Shown in pieces: positions 18,200 through 27,356 of a DNA stretch of 64,000 nucleotides (its first letter is position 1; the number at the start of each line of letters is the position of its first letter). The position numbers were made by a program, and so were the translations under genes. A model generated the notes under the pieces. That model had not been told where the DNA came from. It worked only from the letters and a program-made list of their open reading frames with translations, and did no database searches. Source of the DNA: a virus; IMG/VR virus record IMGVR_UViG_3300045988_183505, positions 63,428 through 127,427 of that record; one strand, 5' to 3'.

Positions 18200-18949
18200 T
18201 TATTTTTTCTTGTTTCTTTTACTTTTTGCACGTTTCTGAACGTCTTCCAATTCTCCGATGTATTGCCAATAATTCCGGCATTTATCAATACCTTGTTCCA
18301 TTTCTACCTGCTTGAAATGCCCTTTTATCGTATTGCAAAGCTGTGCAAAATACCGGTCAAGATGAGGCGGCGATTGCATATCAGAACGGCAAAGAAAAAT
18401 TGCATCGAAGGTTCTTCCACCAGTATAGATTTCTTCCAGCTGTTTCAGATTTGGCATCACAACTTTGGATAAGGAATCCTGCATTTTTTCTTCCGTATCG
18501 AATCCATGAAGTTCCAGCGATACCGGATTTGCTACCCAGTGAAAATTCATTCTGTATTCTGAAAAGACACGCATCACCCAATTTCTACAATTTAATACCG
18601 TCTTGCCGTCCAACAGGTCATGGTACATATCAAGGTTATATAAATTGATATGATGATTTGTCGGAATATGAGCATGGATAAAGTTATAGACGTGTACCTG
18701 ACTATTTGCAATCAAAACAGGGCAGTCTTTGGGCTGTGCCTGTAAGATTCTTTCCAGTCGCATAAATTCTTCTCCCATTATGCTCACAGAACGTGTCAGA
18801 ACGCCTTGTACAGCGTCCAAGTAATGACACGCCCATAATAATGTCGATAAGTATGTTTCTTTGTCTATGTCCTCTGGATAGCTTCTGAGGGCTTCTATTG
18901 TTGCCTTCTGGAAATAGGTGAAGTCAATGGATAAAACATTCTTACTCAT
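18200..18949 (-). CDS. conserved hypothetical protein, paralog B of 13730-14464
   Basis: Colinear similarity to paralog A. Several Asp/His positions are substituted (SIDFTYF, SQVH, DMYHD). Confidence 0.6.
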   Translation of the reverse strand: MSKNVLSIDFTYFQKATIEALRSYPEDIDKETYLSTLLWACHYLDAVQGVLTRSVSIMGEEFMRLERILQAQPKDCPVLIANSQVHVYNFIHAHIPTNHHINLYNLDMYHDLLDGKTVLNCRNWVMRVFSEYRMNFHWVANPVSLELHGFDTEEKMQDSLSKVVMPNLKQLEEIYTGGRTFDAIFLCRSDMQSPPHLDRYFAQLCNTIKGHFKQVEMEQGIDKCRNYWQYIGELEDVQKRAKSKRNKKK

Positions 18950-18962
18950 GCTTTGTGTCCTT

Positions 18963-19712
18963 TCAGTTCAGAATCAATGCCACGGTATCTGTTACATTGT
19001 CTTCATTATACACGATAAACAGAGTGTATGTCCCATTAGAATATGCAATTGTCGAATTATCCATTGCAGAACCTTCTCCAAGTTCTGCTTCCACAGTGCT
19101 TTTCGTGGTACTTCCAGCCGTGATAAATCCGCAATACACAACCGGTAAGCTGTTCTTATCACTGGCAATACCATGAATCATATAGTTCTCCGCACCACCA
19201 TCATTATACTTGCTTACCAGTTTTCCGTCTGCATCTGTCAGTTCCAGATACACCCTTGCACTGTCTTTGGAAATTTTTTCGTCTGTAGAAAATGCTTCCC
19301 CGAAAAAGTAAAGGTATTCTTTATCAACACAAAGCTTTCCGCTCTTTGCATGATTCAGCCCATTGGATTCCAAAAAATCTGCGGTATCTTCTCCAGCAAT
19401 CAGATATTCGTCTCCCAGAAAAGAAACTGTAGATAAGTTTGCATCACCGGAAACGTTGCTCGGTACTTCCTGCATGAAAATATCTTTGCTCGGTTTTTCT
19501 TCTGCAACACTTTCTTCTGTCTGCTTTTCTGAATCTTCCTGAGCAGGTGCTTCTGTTGCTTCCTCTGGCTGTCCATTGTCACTCAGCTTCGATTCCTGAA
19601 CATTGACCGCAAGAGAACTTTCTGTTATTGGGACTTCTTTCTTTGTACAGCCTGCAAATGATGCAATAGATACTGCACAAAGCAGAAGTGCCATATACTT
19701 TTGTTTACGCAT
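18963..19712 (-). CDS. lipoprotein
   Basis: MRKQKYMALLLCAVSIASFAGC-T lipobox. The ATG at 19712 lies 8 nt after AAGGAG. The ORF-track start is 19823. Confidence 0.65.
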   Translation of the reverse strand: MRKQKYMALLLCAVSIASFAGCTKKEVPITESSLAVNVQESKLSDNGQPEEATEAPAQEDSEKQTEESVAEEKPSKDIFMQEVPSNVSGDANLSTVSFLGDEYLIAGEDTADFLESNGLNHAKSGKLCVDKEYLYFFGEAFSTDEKISKDSARVYLELTDADGKLVSKYNDGGAENYMIHGIASDKNSLPVVYCGFITAGSTTKSTVEAELGEGSAMDNSTIAYSNGTYTLFIVYNEDNVTDTVALILN

Positions 19713-19794
19713 TGTCATCTCTCCTTTTATAAATTTATTGTATTTACAGCACGAATAAATATCTTCATTCGTGGAGCTGCCTTTAATGGATTTC

Positions 19795-20457
19795 TCATTC
19801 CGCTGTCTCCTCTGTACTCTCATCTACCGTACTCTGAATGCCTTGATACAACTGGAGTAGATACGGATATAATGTTCCTGCCAGTTTCCAAGTGTTGTTG
19901 TAGCAAATGACATACATCACATTAGAATCCATGTCTTTTATTCCGTAGTCACAAGTAATTTCATACGCACCAACAACCTTAAAATTATTTCCTGTTCCAT
20001 CAATGAAATAATCTGAACCCAAGAAGTTGTTGAACATCTTCACTGCGTCTTCGCTATATGAAATATCAGAGTATTCCATGCTGTCACTTTCATAATATGA
20101 AAAGGCAAGTCCGGCAGAATCGCTGTCGAACGTTTTTGAAAGTGCATCTGCCATTGTGCTGACATCTGCCAATTTCTCATATTCCTGATAATAAAAAATA
20201 TCCATGTCTGTATACGTCATGACATTCACGGAGTTTTTGTCGTGCATAGCCTGAACACCTTGCTGTGCAATTTCAAGAATGTAGTCTTCTGCTGCTTTCT
20301 GAAATGCCTCATCTGTACCGGCAGATTCGTTGACTGAATAATTGCCTATCACACCATTCCCACCAGAAATTGCATTGACAACAGTGGCTAAAGAGCCTAC
20401 CAGAATTACACCTGCCAGTGTTCCTGCTACCAGTCTTTGATTTTTTGAAAAACTCAC
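19795..20457 (-). CDS. membrane-anchored / secreted hypothetical protein
   Basis: N-terminal hydrophobic anchor LVAGTLAGVILVGSLATVV. 220 aa. Confidence 0.55.
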   Translation of the reverse strand: MSFSKNQRLVAGTLAGVILVGSLATVVNAISGGNGVIGNYSVNESAGTDEAFQKAAEDYILEIAQQGVQAMHDKNSVNVMTYTDMDIFYYQEYEKLADVSTMADALSKTFDSDSAGLAFSYYESDSMEYSDISYSEDAVKMFNNFLGSDYFIDGTGNNFKVVGAYEITCDYGIKDMDSNVMYVICYNNTWKLAGTLYPYLLQLYQGIQSTVDESTEETAE

Positions 20458-21491
20458 TCCACTTCTCCTCTCTTTCCTTCACATTTATGTATTACAACTG
20501 GCTCTTTACCATTTTTCATGCCGACAAAGCATTCGCTTATCCACTTTGCTCTGCGTACTTTATTCTCTCCGCTGCCATACCAGAAATGTGACCAGTGAGC
20601 TTTTCTACTGTGTGGTCTGACATTGTGTTTTGCTCGATGCACTCCGGACGATTCACATTCATTTTCACTTTTTTCCTTTTGCCACGTCCGATATGCAACT
20701 CCAAACCGAACACCAACGTCCCACTTTCTTATCTCAGAATATTTATTCTTTGGAGCTGCATTCGGTTGCGGCTTTCGATAAGTTTTTTGTGTTTCCTCAT
20801 TCTCTTTAATGTCCGGCTCAACAGAAGATAAATAATTCAGAATCTGGAGAAGCAATTTTGCCAACTTTTGAACATGAGATTCCAGCTCTGTGGTCACTCC
20901 ATTCAGCACAACTTTTTCGTACCGAACGTCAGGCAATTTACTTAATCCAATACTATCCGATTCGTTTCCAAACTCATAAGCATCTCCAAAAAATCTTTCT
21001 TCATTCACTCGGTATGCTCTCAGCATTACTCTTTCTTTTCCGGCACTCATAAAGAACTGTGTCTTTACAAATATTCCCTTGCATTGAAAGTCCCTGCACA
21101 GTTCGTTGCTCTCTGAAATATCTAAGTAAAAGCATTTATACGGCAGATACTTCCATGAATCTTTCTCATAAAAAATTTCATCTGTATTCAGTAATTCACG
21201 AATAAAATCATCGTCAACCTGAAAGACCTGCTTGTTGTTCCCCCACTCTGAAATCAGTGTCATTGCGTCCAGCAAATGATAAAGGTCATCGCCAGAATAA
21301 TCCTGCAACAGCTCGCTGTTTCTGGCTTCCTTATTGAAAAAACTTAATGCCCGACCTTTGCCTTTTTCTTCGTTCATCAATGCTTCTTCAATCGCTTCTA
21401 TGGTCACGTCATCTCTTAAATTACAAGAGAATAGTTCTGTCATTCTTCTGCTCCAAGCAAGCGGCAGATACGTCCCAGTTTTCTTTTTCAT
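20454..21491 (-). CDS. hypothetical protein
   Basis: 345 aa with a basic C-terminal block RPHSRKAHWSHFWYGSG. No family assigned. Confidence 0.6.
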   Translation of the reverse strand: MKKKTGTYLPLAWSRRMTELFSCNLRDDVTIEAIEEALMNEEKGKGRALSFFNKEARNSELLQDYSGDDLYHLLDAMTLISEWGNNKQVFQVDDDFIRELLNTDEIFYEKDSWKYLPYKCFYLDISESNELCRDFQCKGIFVKTQFFMSAGKERVMLRAYRVNEERFFGDAYEFGNESDSIGLSKLPDVRYEKVVLNGVTTELESHVQKLAKLLLQILNYLSSVEPDIKENEETQKTYRKPQPNAAPKNKYSEIRKWDVGVRFGVAYRTWQKEKSENECESSGVHRAKHNVRPHSRKAHWSHFWYGSGENKVRRAKWISECFVGMKNGKEPVVIHKCEGKRGEVE

Positions 21492-21506
21492 CGTGCATCA
21501 CCCATT

Positions 21507-21800
21507 TCATTTTACAGCCAGTTCTTTTTCTTCTGTGGCAATGTATGCTGTCGCATTTTCATTTACCCACTTCCGGAATGGCTCAATAGGAATGCAGTAT
21601 TTCTTTCCTACTCGTAAGCACGGAAAGCCTTTCGTATTCAGAATTTTATACACGGTATTCCTTCCACAGGAAAAAATCCGCATCATGTCTTCCAACGTGT
21701 AGTAGTACCGTGTCTGCGACCCCTGAAAAGAACAATCCGTTTCGATTTTCTTTACGTCCTTTTCCAGTTCCTCAATGCTTTTGTGATTCATTTCTGCCAT
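21507..21800 (-). CDS. excisionase/MerR-type helix-turn-helix DNA-binding protein
   Basis: YYTLEDMMRIFSCGRNTVYKILNTKGFPCLRVGKKYCIPIEPFRKWV fits the HTH_17/excisionase pattern. Confidence 0.65.
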   Translation of the reverse strand: MAEMNHKSIEELEKDVKKIETDCSFQGSQTRYYYTLEDMMRIFSCGRNTVYKILNTKGFPCLRVGKKYCIPIEPFRKWVNENATAYIATEEKELAVK

Positions 21801-21819
21801 GTCACATTTCCTTTCTCCA

Positions 21820-22668
21820 TTAGTTTATCGTTAGCAGAATCACTCTCACCAGCAGCAACAAAATAATGTGTGCTGGATAAAAAAATCTGCAAACCCACTT
21901 TGAATAATTGCTTGTCAAAAATCTTTCAGCCAAACCGTCTTGTGTTTTATCTTTGCTTTCCCAAAACAGAAAGAACAAACCACTCATTGCTGCAAGTACA
22001 CACCAGTTGTTTTCTATCAAAACAAACAGCATGATACTTACGCCGTACCAAAATACATAATGCTTTCTATTTCTGGAGAATGAGAAAAATGCTGCCAGTG
22101 CAACGCCCTTCCATGTATAATCTACCGAGAAGAAATACGCTAGCACACCTGCTGCTGCAAAGACTGTTACTCGCATACAAAAGGCAAGATACTTTCTTAC
22201 CTTTTCATTGCGATAATACTTTTCAAGACTGTTGTGTTGGAGTTTTTTCGTTATTATTAGTGCAAAAAAAATCAGAACAAATGTAAAGCACACGTTCTGC
22301 ATTGATAGTGCAATTGGCGAACCGGCAAACAATAGATTGAATGGCAGCTCGCTCACAACTGCAAGTAAAAATAATCGAAGCAGATGCTTCCATCTATGCT
22401 TTGTAAAGTGTACGCACTCCACAATTTCAAAACAAAAAAGTGGAAATGCAATTCTTCCGATTGTTCGCATTGCAATATATGTTGTGGAATCCAATCCGCA
22501 ATCGGAATGAAGCAAAAAAGCCAGATGGTCTATCAACATAGTTATCATTGCAATCCATTTAACTAAGTAATATCGCTTCGTTGTAATACCAGAAAAACGC
22601 TCTGGCTCTGCCTGCACCGGACTACTCCAGTCACTTTGCCGTTTCACTGTTCTTACTTTACTACTCAT
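21820..22668 (-). CDS. TraX-family membrane protein
   Basis: Polytopic membrane protein with KWIAMITMLIDHLAFLL, characteristic of TraX. Confidence 0.65.
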   Translation of the reverse strand: MSSKVRTVKRQSDWSSPVQAEPERFSGITTKRYYLVKWIAMITMLIDHLAFLLHSDCGLDSTTYIAMRTIGRIAFPLFCFEIVECVHFTKHRWKHLLRLFLLAVVSELPFNLLFAGSPIALSMQNVCFTFVLIFFALIITKKLQHNSLEKYYRNEKVRKYLAFCMRVTVFAAAGVLAYFFSVDYTWKGVALAAFFSFSRNRKHYVFWYGVSIMLFVLIENNWCVLAAMSGLFFLFWESKDKTQDGLAERFLTSNYSKWVCRFFYPAHIILLLLVRVILLTIN

Positions 22669-22709
22669 ATTAGACCTCTTTCCAAATAGCGTATATCCAT
22701 TGTATATCT

Positions 22710-22738
22710 ATTATACACCGTTTATTTGAGTTTGTCAA
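22710..22738 (-). promoter_or_regulatory. class-1 consensus promoter (copy e)
   Basis: Minus strand reads TTGACA-AACTCAAATAAACGGTG-TATAAT. Confidence 0.7.
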
Positions 22739-22841
22739 TCGTTGTATGGTATTATTTTTCGTTATTTCAGTGTATTTTGTAACCCTGCACAAGAAACATC
22801 GAAATATTGAGTTCCTTTTGTACAGGGTATGGGCTGTTTCT

Positions 22842-23906
22842 TTATAAAAATTTATTTTGTAAAATGTATGCAGCTCTAATATTGGAAATTGCACGCTCTG
22901 TCTTATATCCGTATCTTTTGGCAAGTTCTTTCTCTGATACACCTTTTTCCAGTTCAGAAATTATCACTGCTTGGTGAATCGTTTTAGAGATGATACCTAG
23001 TGGCATACCGAGACGATTTGTAATAGCGGTCAGTGTTCCTTTAAGTGAATTTACTGTCGGAGAATTTCCGAGTTTATTAACAAATAGCAAGTTGGTATAT
23101 CTTGTTATACCAATACTACTGTCCGTACACTCCTGAGCTGATGGCATTTCCAGTATTTTACTTTCTCTCATCTGTTCGAGCCACTGGCAACACTCCTCTG
23201 TCAGCGGAAATGGCTTATCGTCCACTACAATGATTTTCTTTTCAAGGTTGACATCATAGCTGTGAATCGTTTTCGCCTTTTGGAATCGTAATCCGGTGAA
23301 TAGGCAGAATATAAGAACCAGTTCGTTTATTCCATACATAACACAGTTCTCTTGTATGCAATAATTTCTTAACTGTACGAGTTCTTTTTCTGCCATAATA
23401 TATCCACTGGCATAAGGAATAACATCTTCTTTTTGGGGACTTGCTATATCTGATATATCTACTACTTCAAGACCTGATTCAGCTGCAAGTGCAAAAGTTT
23501 TTCTTAGTACATCAATAATATCTATTACGTCCTTAAAGCTGTACTTATGTGACAGCTTGACATAAAATTCTGCAATTTCTTCCCGTGTGATTGACTGCAC
23601 ATCTCTATTCAACGGAGTACGAGAAACTGCATTATCTACTATATTGATTAGTCTGTTAAGCCTTGTTGCGTGTATCGTCCCAACAACACTCTTAAAATAA
23701 AACATGATATATTCTCTCAGATTTGTGTTGTTCGGTTTCTGATAAGATAAGCTGTGTTTTCGTTCCTGTTCGGCAGCTTCAATTTTCTTTTTCACTTCAT
23801 CTATTGATTTTCCGTATACACGTTTTCTCTTACCGCTGCTATCCACAACAAGGTCGTACACAAAATATGTTCCACTTCCTGTAGTTACTTTACGGATTTT
23901 TCTCAT
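22842..23906 (-). CDS. integrase-like protein with a divergent catalytic region
   Basis: N-terminal arm/SAM-like region and FTGLRFQKAKTI (box I Arg). Where HxLRH is expected it reads KTIHQAVII, so the second Arg appears absent. Confidence 0.6.
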   Translation of the reverse strand: MRKIRKVTTGSGTYFVYDLVVDSSGKRKRVYGKSIDEVKKKIEAAEQERKHSLSYQKPNNTNLREYIMFYFKSVVGTIHATRLNRLINIVDNAVSRTPLNRDVQSITREEIAEFYVKLSHKYSFKDVIDIIDVLRKTFALAAESGLEVVDISDIASPQKEDVIPYASGYIMAEKELVQLRNYCIQENCVMYGINELVLIFCLFTGLRFQKAKTIHSYDVNLEKKIIVVDDKPFPLTEECCQWLEQMRESKILEMPSAQECTDSSIGITRYTNLLFVNKLGNSPTVNSLKGTLTAITNRLGMPLGIISKTIHQAVIISELEKGVSEKELAKRYGYKTERAISNIRAAYILQNKFL

Positions 23907-24015
23907 GCCATCACCTCATCTATGTTCTATGTCCTGATTCGTTGTCATGTAAGCTTTTTCATTATATCGTATTTAATTCTATTTTGCAAAGTGAATCTGT
24001 GTAGTGTACTGATAC

Positions 24016-24047
24016 AAAAAAGGAGCAGGCTTTTCTCTGCCTGCTCC
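24016..24047 (-). terminator. Rho-independent terminator after the XRE gene
   Basis: 9-bp stem GGAGCAGGC / GCCTGCTCC with an 8-nt loop. Followed by a U6 run on the minus strand. Confidence 0.75.
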
Positions 24048-24052
24048 ATCAT

Positions 24053-24343
24053 TCAACGATTCATAATCCTGCGAATTTCATCAAGTTTTCTTTCACATTC
24101 TTTCATAGAAGCTCTTGCTTCCGGATAATCGGTTAGCCCCAGAAGATAATCACTGGACACATTCAGCTCTTGTGAAATCAGCACCAGAAGGCTTGCTGGA
24201 AATTCATGTTTTCCTGTCATGTACTTTCGTAAAGACACGCACGGCATTCCAAGCTTTTTTGAAAATTCCTGAATTGAAATATCGCTTTTTTCTATCCTGT
24301 TTCCGATTCTGTCAATCGTCACCTTCGGGTTGTAAACCATCAT
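24053..24343 (-). CDS. XRE-family helix-turn-helix regulator (candidate repressor)
   Basis: ISIQEFSKKLGMPCVSLRKYMTGKHEFPASLLVLISQELNVSSDYLLGLTD is a classic XRE HTH with the DYLLG tail. Confidence 0.8.
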   Translation of the reverse strand: MMVYNPKVTIDRIGNRIEKSDISIQEFSKKLGMPCVSLRKYMTGKHEFPASLLVLISQELNVSSDYLLGLTDYPEARASMKECERKLDEIRRIMNR

Positions 24344-24503
24344 TCTTCTCCTGTTCTTTTTCTGCGTCCTCTGCCTTCTGCAAGCGATGCGGACAGCGTT
24401 TTTCGATGAAGTGCTGCTTTCCGATTTTCAGCCACCACACCAGTACAAGAAGTGTCAACGCAAATAAAATGCCACATACGATTACAATGATTTTGTCTAC
24501 CAT
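24312..24503 (-). CDS. small single-pass membrane protein
   Basis: 63 aa with one TM segment, IIVIVCGILFALTLLVLVWW. Confidence 0.5.
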   Translation of the reverse strand: MVDKIIVIVCGILFALTLLVLVWWLKIGKQHFIEKRCPHRLQKAEDAEKEQEKNDGLQPEGDD

Positions 24504-24516
24504 ATCTTTACGCTCC

Positions 24517-24762
24517 TTACCCTCTTTTCAAGGCTTTTTCCAGAATGATTTCCTGAACGATATGCTCAATCGCAAAATATCGCAGCGTGTCTTTCACACT
24601 CTTTTCTGCACTGCGGAATTGATATGCAACCAGTTCCTCTGTCGAGAATTTCTCTACCGCTTTGGTAACACTTTGATAGATACTTTCTTTCTCATCTCTT
24701 GCCTGAATTGCACTTTCAATCTGTTTCATTTCCTCATCAGAACAATCAATTATACTTGCCAT
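24517..24762 (-). CDS. hypothetical protein
   Basis: 81-aa ORF in the array. Confidence 0.5.
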   Translation of the reverse strand: MASIIDCSDEEMKQIESAIQARDEKESIYQSVTKAVEKFSTEELVAYQFRSAEKSVKDTLRYFAIEHIVQEIILEKALKRG

Positions 24763-24784
24763 TTTGCACCTGTCCTTTCTGGGA

Positions 24785-24964
24785 TTATTCCGCTCTGCTT
24801 ACGGAAGTTGCAAGCTCTGGCATCTCCGTTTCCTGCACCGAATTTTCTTCTGTCACATGGCTTGTCTGTTCTTCTCTGTAATGGATAACCGCATCTCTTG
24901 TAACGCAAGTAATGGCTGTTACCACAAGCATTGCCACAACCAAGAGAATGCTCTTTTTATTCAT
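24785..24964 (-). CDS. small secreted/membrane protein
   Basis: MNKKSILLVVAMLVVTAITCV signal/anchor sequence. An ATG lies at 24964. Confidence 0.5.
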   Translation of the reverse strand: MNKKSILLVVAMLVVTAITCVTRDAVIHYREEQTSHVTEENSVQETEMPELATSVSRAE

Positions 24965-25535
24965 TTGCATTCTCCTTCTCTTTCTTTGCAGCACGATAGC
25001 TCAGACTGTTGTCTATCCGGTTAAATCCATACATCGAAAGCACATACATTACTCCGATATAGATACCTGCAATTCCGCATACTGTCCACACCACCGTCCA
25101 TGCAATTCGATTATTTTTGCCAAAAAAGACTGCGACCACAACTGCTGTAAGCACCATCAAAACAAGCAGTACACTTCCTACCGCCAACAGCTGGATTGCC
25201 AGATTATTTTCCTTCATCTTTTCGCCCTCATGATACAACCGAAAATCTCCAGCCTGACAGCGAATGAGGTCATCTGTTTCTTCCGAAGCCAGAATGAAAG
25301 AAACATACTTTGTGACAAATCGGCTGACATCATACTCTTTCAGATTTCTTGTACTTGTGTCTGCCTGAATATCACAAATGCGAAATTTTGAACCAGCAGA
25401 ATAGACACCCTTATCACCGCTTACAGTTATGGTGTTGTACACAACATCACCCACTTCATAGACCGCTTCTTTCTTCCACTGCTCATCGCTCACATATTTT
25501 GTCAGCATCTCTCGCCACTCCTTACTTCTTATCAC
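24957..25535 (-). CDS. membrane protein
   Basis: 192 aa with two C-terminal TM helices. Confidence 0.55.
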   Translation of the reverse strand: MIRSKEWREMLTKYVSDEQWKKEAVYEVGDVVYNTITVSGDKGVYSAGSKFRICDIQADTSTRNLKEYDVSRFVTKYVSFILASEETDDLIRCQAGDFRLYHEGEKMKENNLAIQLLAVGSVLLVLMVLTAVVVAVFFGKNNRIAWTVVWTVCGIAGIYIGVMYVLSMYGFNRIDNSLSYRAAKKEKENANE

Positions 25536-26031
25536 ACAGCATCTTCAACATTGCTTCACTAAGAAGGTGATGCTGTTTCGCATACAAAAGGACTTTATCC
25601 GCAGGGAACAATTCTCCCATGCGTTTCAAAGTCATTCTTCTTGTGACAATGTATTCTACCTTGAATGCCCAATACAGCTCCTTGTGTTGCCGTTCTCGAT
25701 ACAAATATTCATACTTTTCTGAACTTCCAGCATAATGGTCAAACAGATAGATACGCCGTCCGCTTTCCTTGCTCTCTCTCAGGTCGCAGAAGCAGAGCAA
25801 GTTTTCTTCAAAGTCCGTGTGTTTTGTACCATGCAGGAACTTCCACAGGCTATCAAAAGTATCGCCGTCATATACGCCCTCGTCCAGATGGCTCTTTACG
25901 TCCGGATTGTCCATGTCCAAAAGAACATGAACCGGTTCAGCTGTCGTAAACCGCTTGCATCTCCCTTGTGTCAGGTTGTATCTGCCCTTGGCAATTTGAA
26001 AAGTGCATCTCTTGATATAAACTTCAAGCAT
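25522..26031 (-). CDS. hypothetical protein
   Basis: The ATG at 26031 (MLEVYIKR) follows GAGAGGAAA. The ORF track starts at 26097. Confidence 0.55.
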   Translation of the reverse strand: MLEVYIKRCTFQIAKGRYNLTQGRCKRFTTAEPVHVLLDMDNPDVKSHLDEGVYDGDTFDSLWKFLHGTKHTDFEENLLCFCDLRESKESGRRIYLFDHYAGSSEKYEYLYRERQHKELYWAFKVEYIVTRRMTLKRMGELFPADKVLLYAKQHHLLSEAMLKMLCDKK

Positions 26032-26125
26032 CTTTTTTCCTCTCAAAAAATTAGTTGGCACACCCGAAGCAATCCTGCTCCGAGAACCATGCCCCACATT
26101 GTAAATGCTGTGTAGGTTACTGCAT

Positions 26126-26605
26126 TCATTTCACGATTTCCTCTCTATTTCGCAACTTTTTTGCCAACGTTAGCAAGCACTCTGCCATAGTAGATTTTGA
26201 AATTACAGTGAGTTGCCACATATTGTTCCTGCAAATTTCCACGTTGTAAAAAGACTTGTCGCTTACTCTGTTTGTAGCAACCGATACCCTATAACGATTT
26301 TTCTGCAAATAGAACGGTTCGTTCACTCGCAGGGCAATGATGCCGAAATCCGTTACCACTCTGATGCTGTCACAGGTGTCTGCTCCTGAAACGGCATAAA
26401 TACTGTTCAAAGCCTGCTCTCTGCGATTCAAATACAGTTCCTTCCCCAAAGGCGTTCCGCACTTCGGACAGTAAGAAAACTGCATATCAATCTGGTGTAC
26501 ATCATCTGGGTCAAGCTCAATAATCACCCAGTCTTCTATGCGGATATTGCATACTTCACATTGAAAAATCTTTTTTGGGTTCATATCGCTTACCTTTCTG
26601 CCCAT
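26126..26605 (-). CDS. zinc-ribbon hypothetical protein
   Basis: CEVC ... CPKCG pair near the N-terminus. 159 aa. Confidence 0.55.
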   Translation of the reverse strand: MGRKVSDMNPKKIFQCEVCNIRIEDWVIIELDPDDVHQIDMQFSYCPKCGTPLGKELYLNRREQALNSIYAVSGADTCDSIRVVTDFGIIALRVNEPFYLQKNRYRVSVATNRVSDKSFYNVEICRNNMWQLTVISKSTMAECLLTLAKKLRNREEIVK

Positions 26606-26889
26606 CTATCAACTACCACATATGTACCAAAAAGTATATGCACTGTTGCCATAACAGCAGCCGTTACAGTGAATGTAATGGACTTCTCAACCCCACCAGC
26701 AACTATGCTACACACAGCAGCAATTATTCCGATTCCGTAAGCGGCAAATGTGATTCCCATAATAAAGAATGTCACATCTAACACTTTGTTCCAGCTTTTG
26801 AAGAACGTATACACCAAGGCGAACATGGTGTAAATCAGTAACATCATGTAGGGTGAACCTACTGAAAACATCTGCAAAGCTTCTCTCAT
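26590..26889 (-). CDS. membrane protein
   Basis: 99 aa with three hydrophobic helices. Confidence 0.55.
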   Translation of the reverse strand: MREALQMFSVGSPYMMLLIYTMFALVYTFFKSWNKVLDVTFFIMGITFAAYGIGIIAAVCSIVAGGVEKSITFTVTAAVMATVHILFGTYVVVDRWAER

Positions 26890-26919
26890 TGATTACATCT
26901 CACTTTCTGCTCGCCGTTG

Positions 26920-27030
26920 TTACATATAACACAGCGGAATTGGTGTTGCTGTATCACAGCCGGAGCAGGCAAGCAAGAATGCTCCAGCAATCATCATCAA
27001 AACTGTCATTTTCAACATTCTTCTTAACAT
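26920..27030 (-). CDS. micro-lipoprotein (36 aa)
   Basis: MLRRMLKMTVLMMIAGAFLLAC-SGC lipobox. The start abuts the upstream stop at 27032. Below the ORF-track cutoff. Confidence 0.45.
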   Translation of the reverse strand: MLRRMLKMTVLMMIAGAFLLACSGCDTATPIPLCYM

Positions 27031-27031
27031 T

Positions 27032-27265
27032 TCAACACCTCGGTTCGCTTTCTTTCGTTTCTTTCACTTTCTTTCTCTTTCTATGAGTTTTCCTGATACG
27101 ATTCACGACAGTCCAGAACGTAATCCACAGTATCGGAGAAACGATTACTGCTATCATCTCCACGAAGAAGTCCAATGGAGAAGTTTGTTCTTCGACAGAG
27201 TTCATGATAAAAAGTATCATCAGATTGATGAACAACCACAACAAAACAAAAAATGCAATCGTCAT
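27032..27265 (-). CDS. small membrane protein
   Basis: 77 aa, two TM helices and a basic tail. Confidence 0.55.
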   Translation of the reverse strand: MTIAFFVLLWLFINLMILFIMNSVEEQTSPLDFFVEMIAVIVSPILWITFWTVVNRIRKTHRKRKKVKETKESEPRC

Positions 27266-27356
27266 AGTTTCACCTCATGCACTTATCGGAACACTGCGAA
27301 AACAGCTCTGATAAGATGCCCTCTTGTCAAATGGTAAAATACCCAGAATAGCTTTC

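Noticed and set aside
22670-22942. ORF 22670-22942(-), 90 aa
   Set aside because: It spans class-1 promoter e and overlaps the 3' end of the integrase-like gene in another frame.
24115-24888. Long plus-strand ORFs, for example 24115-24888 (257 aa), 27586-28377 (263 aa), 12808-13470 (220 aa), 37591-38196, 10212-10715, 52382-52912
   Set aside because: They run antisense to well-supported minus-strand genes. They have low-complexity or Cys/Phe/Leu-rich composition, no RBS and no motifs. I treat them as shadow ORFs.
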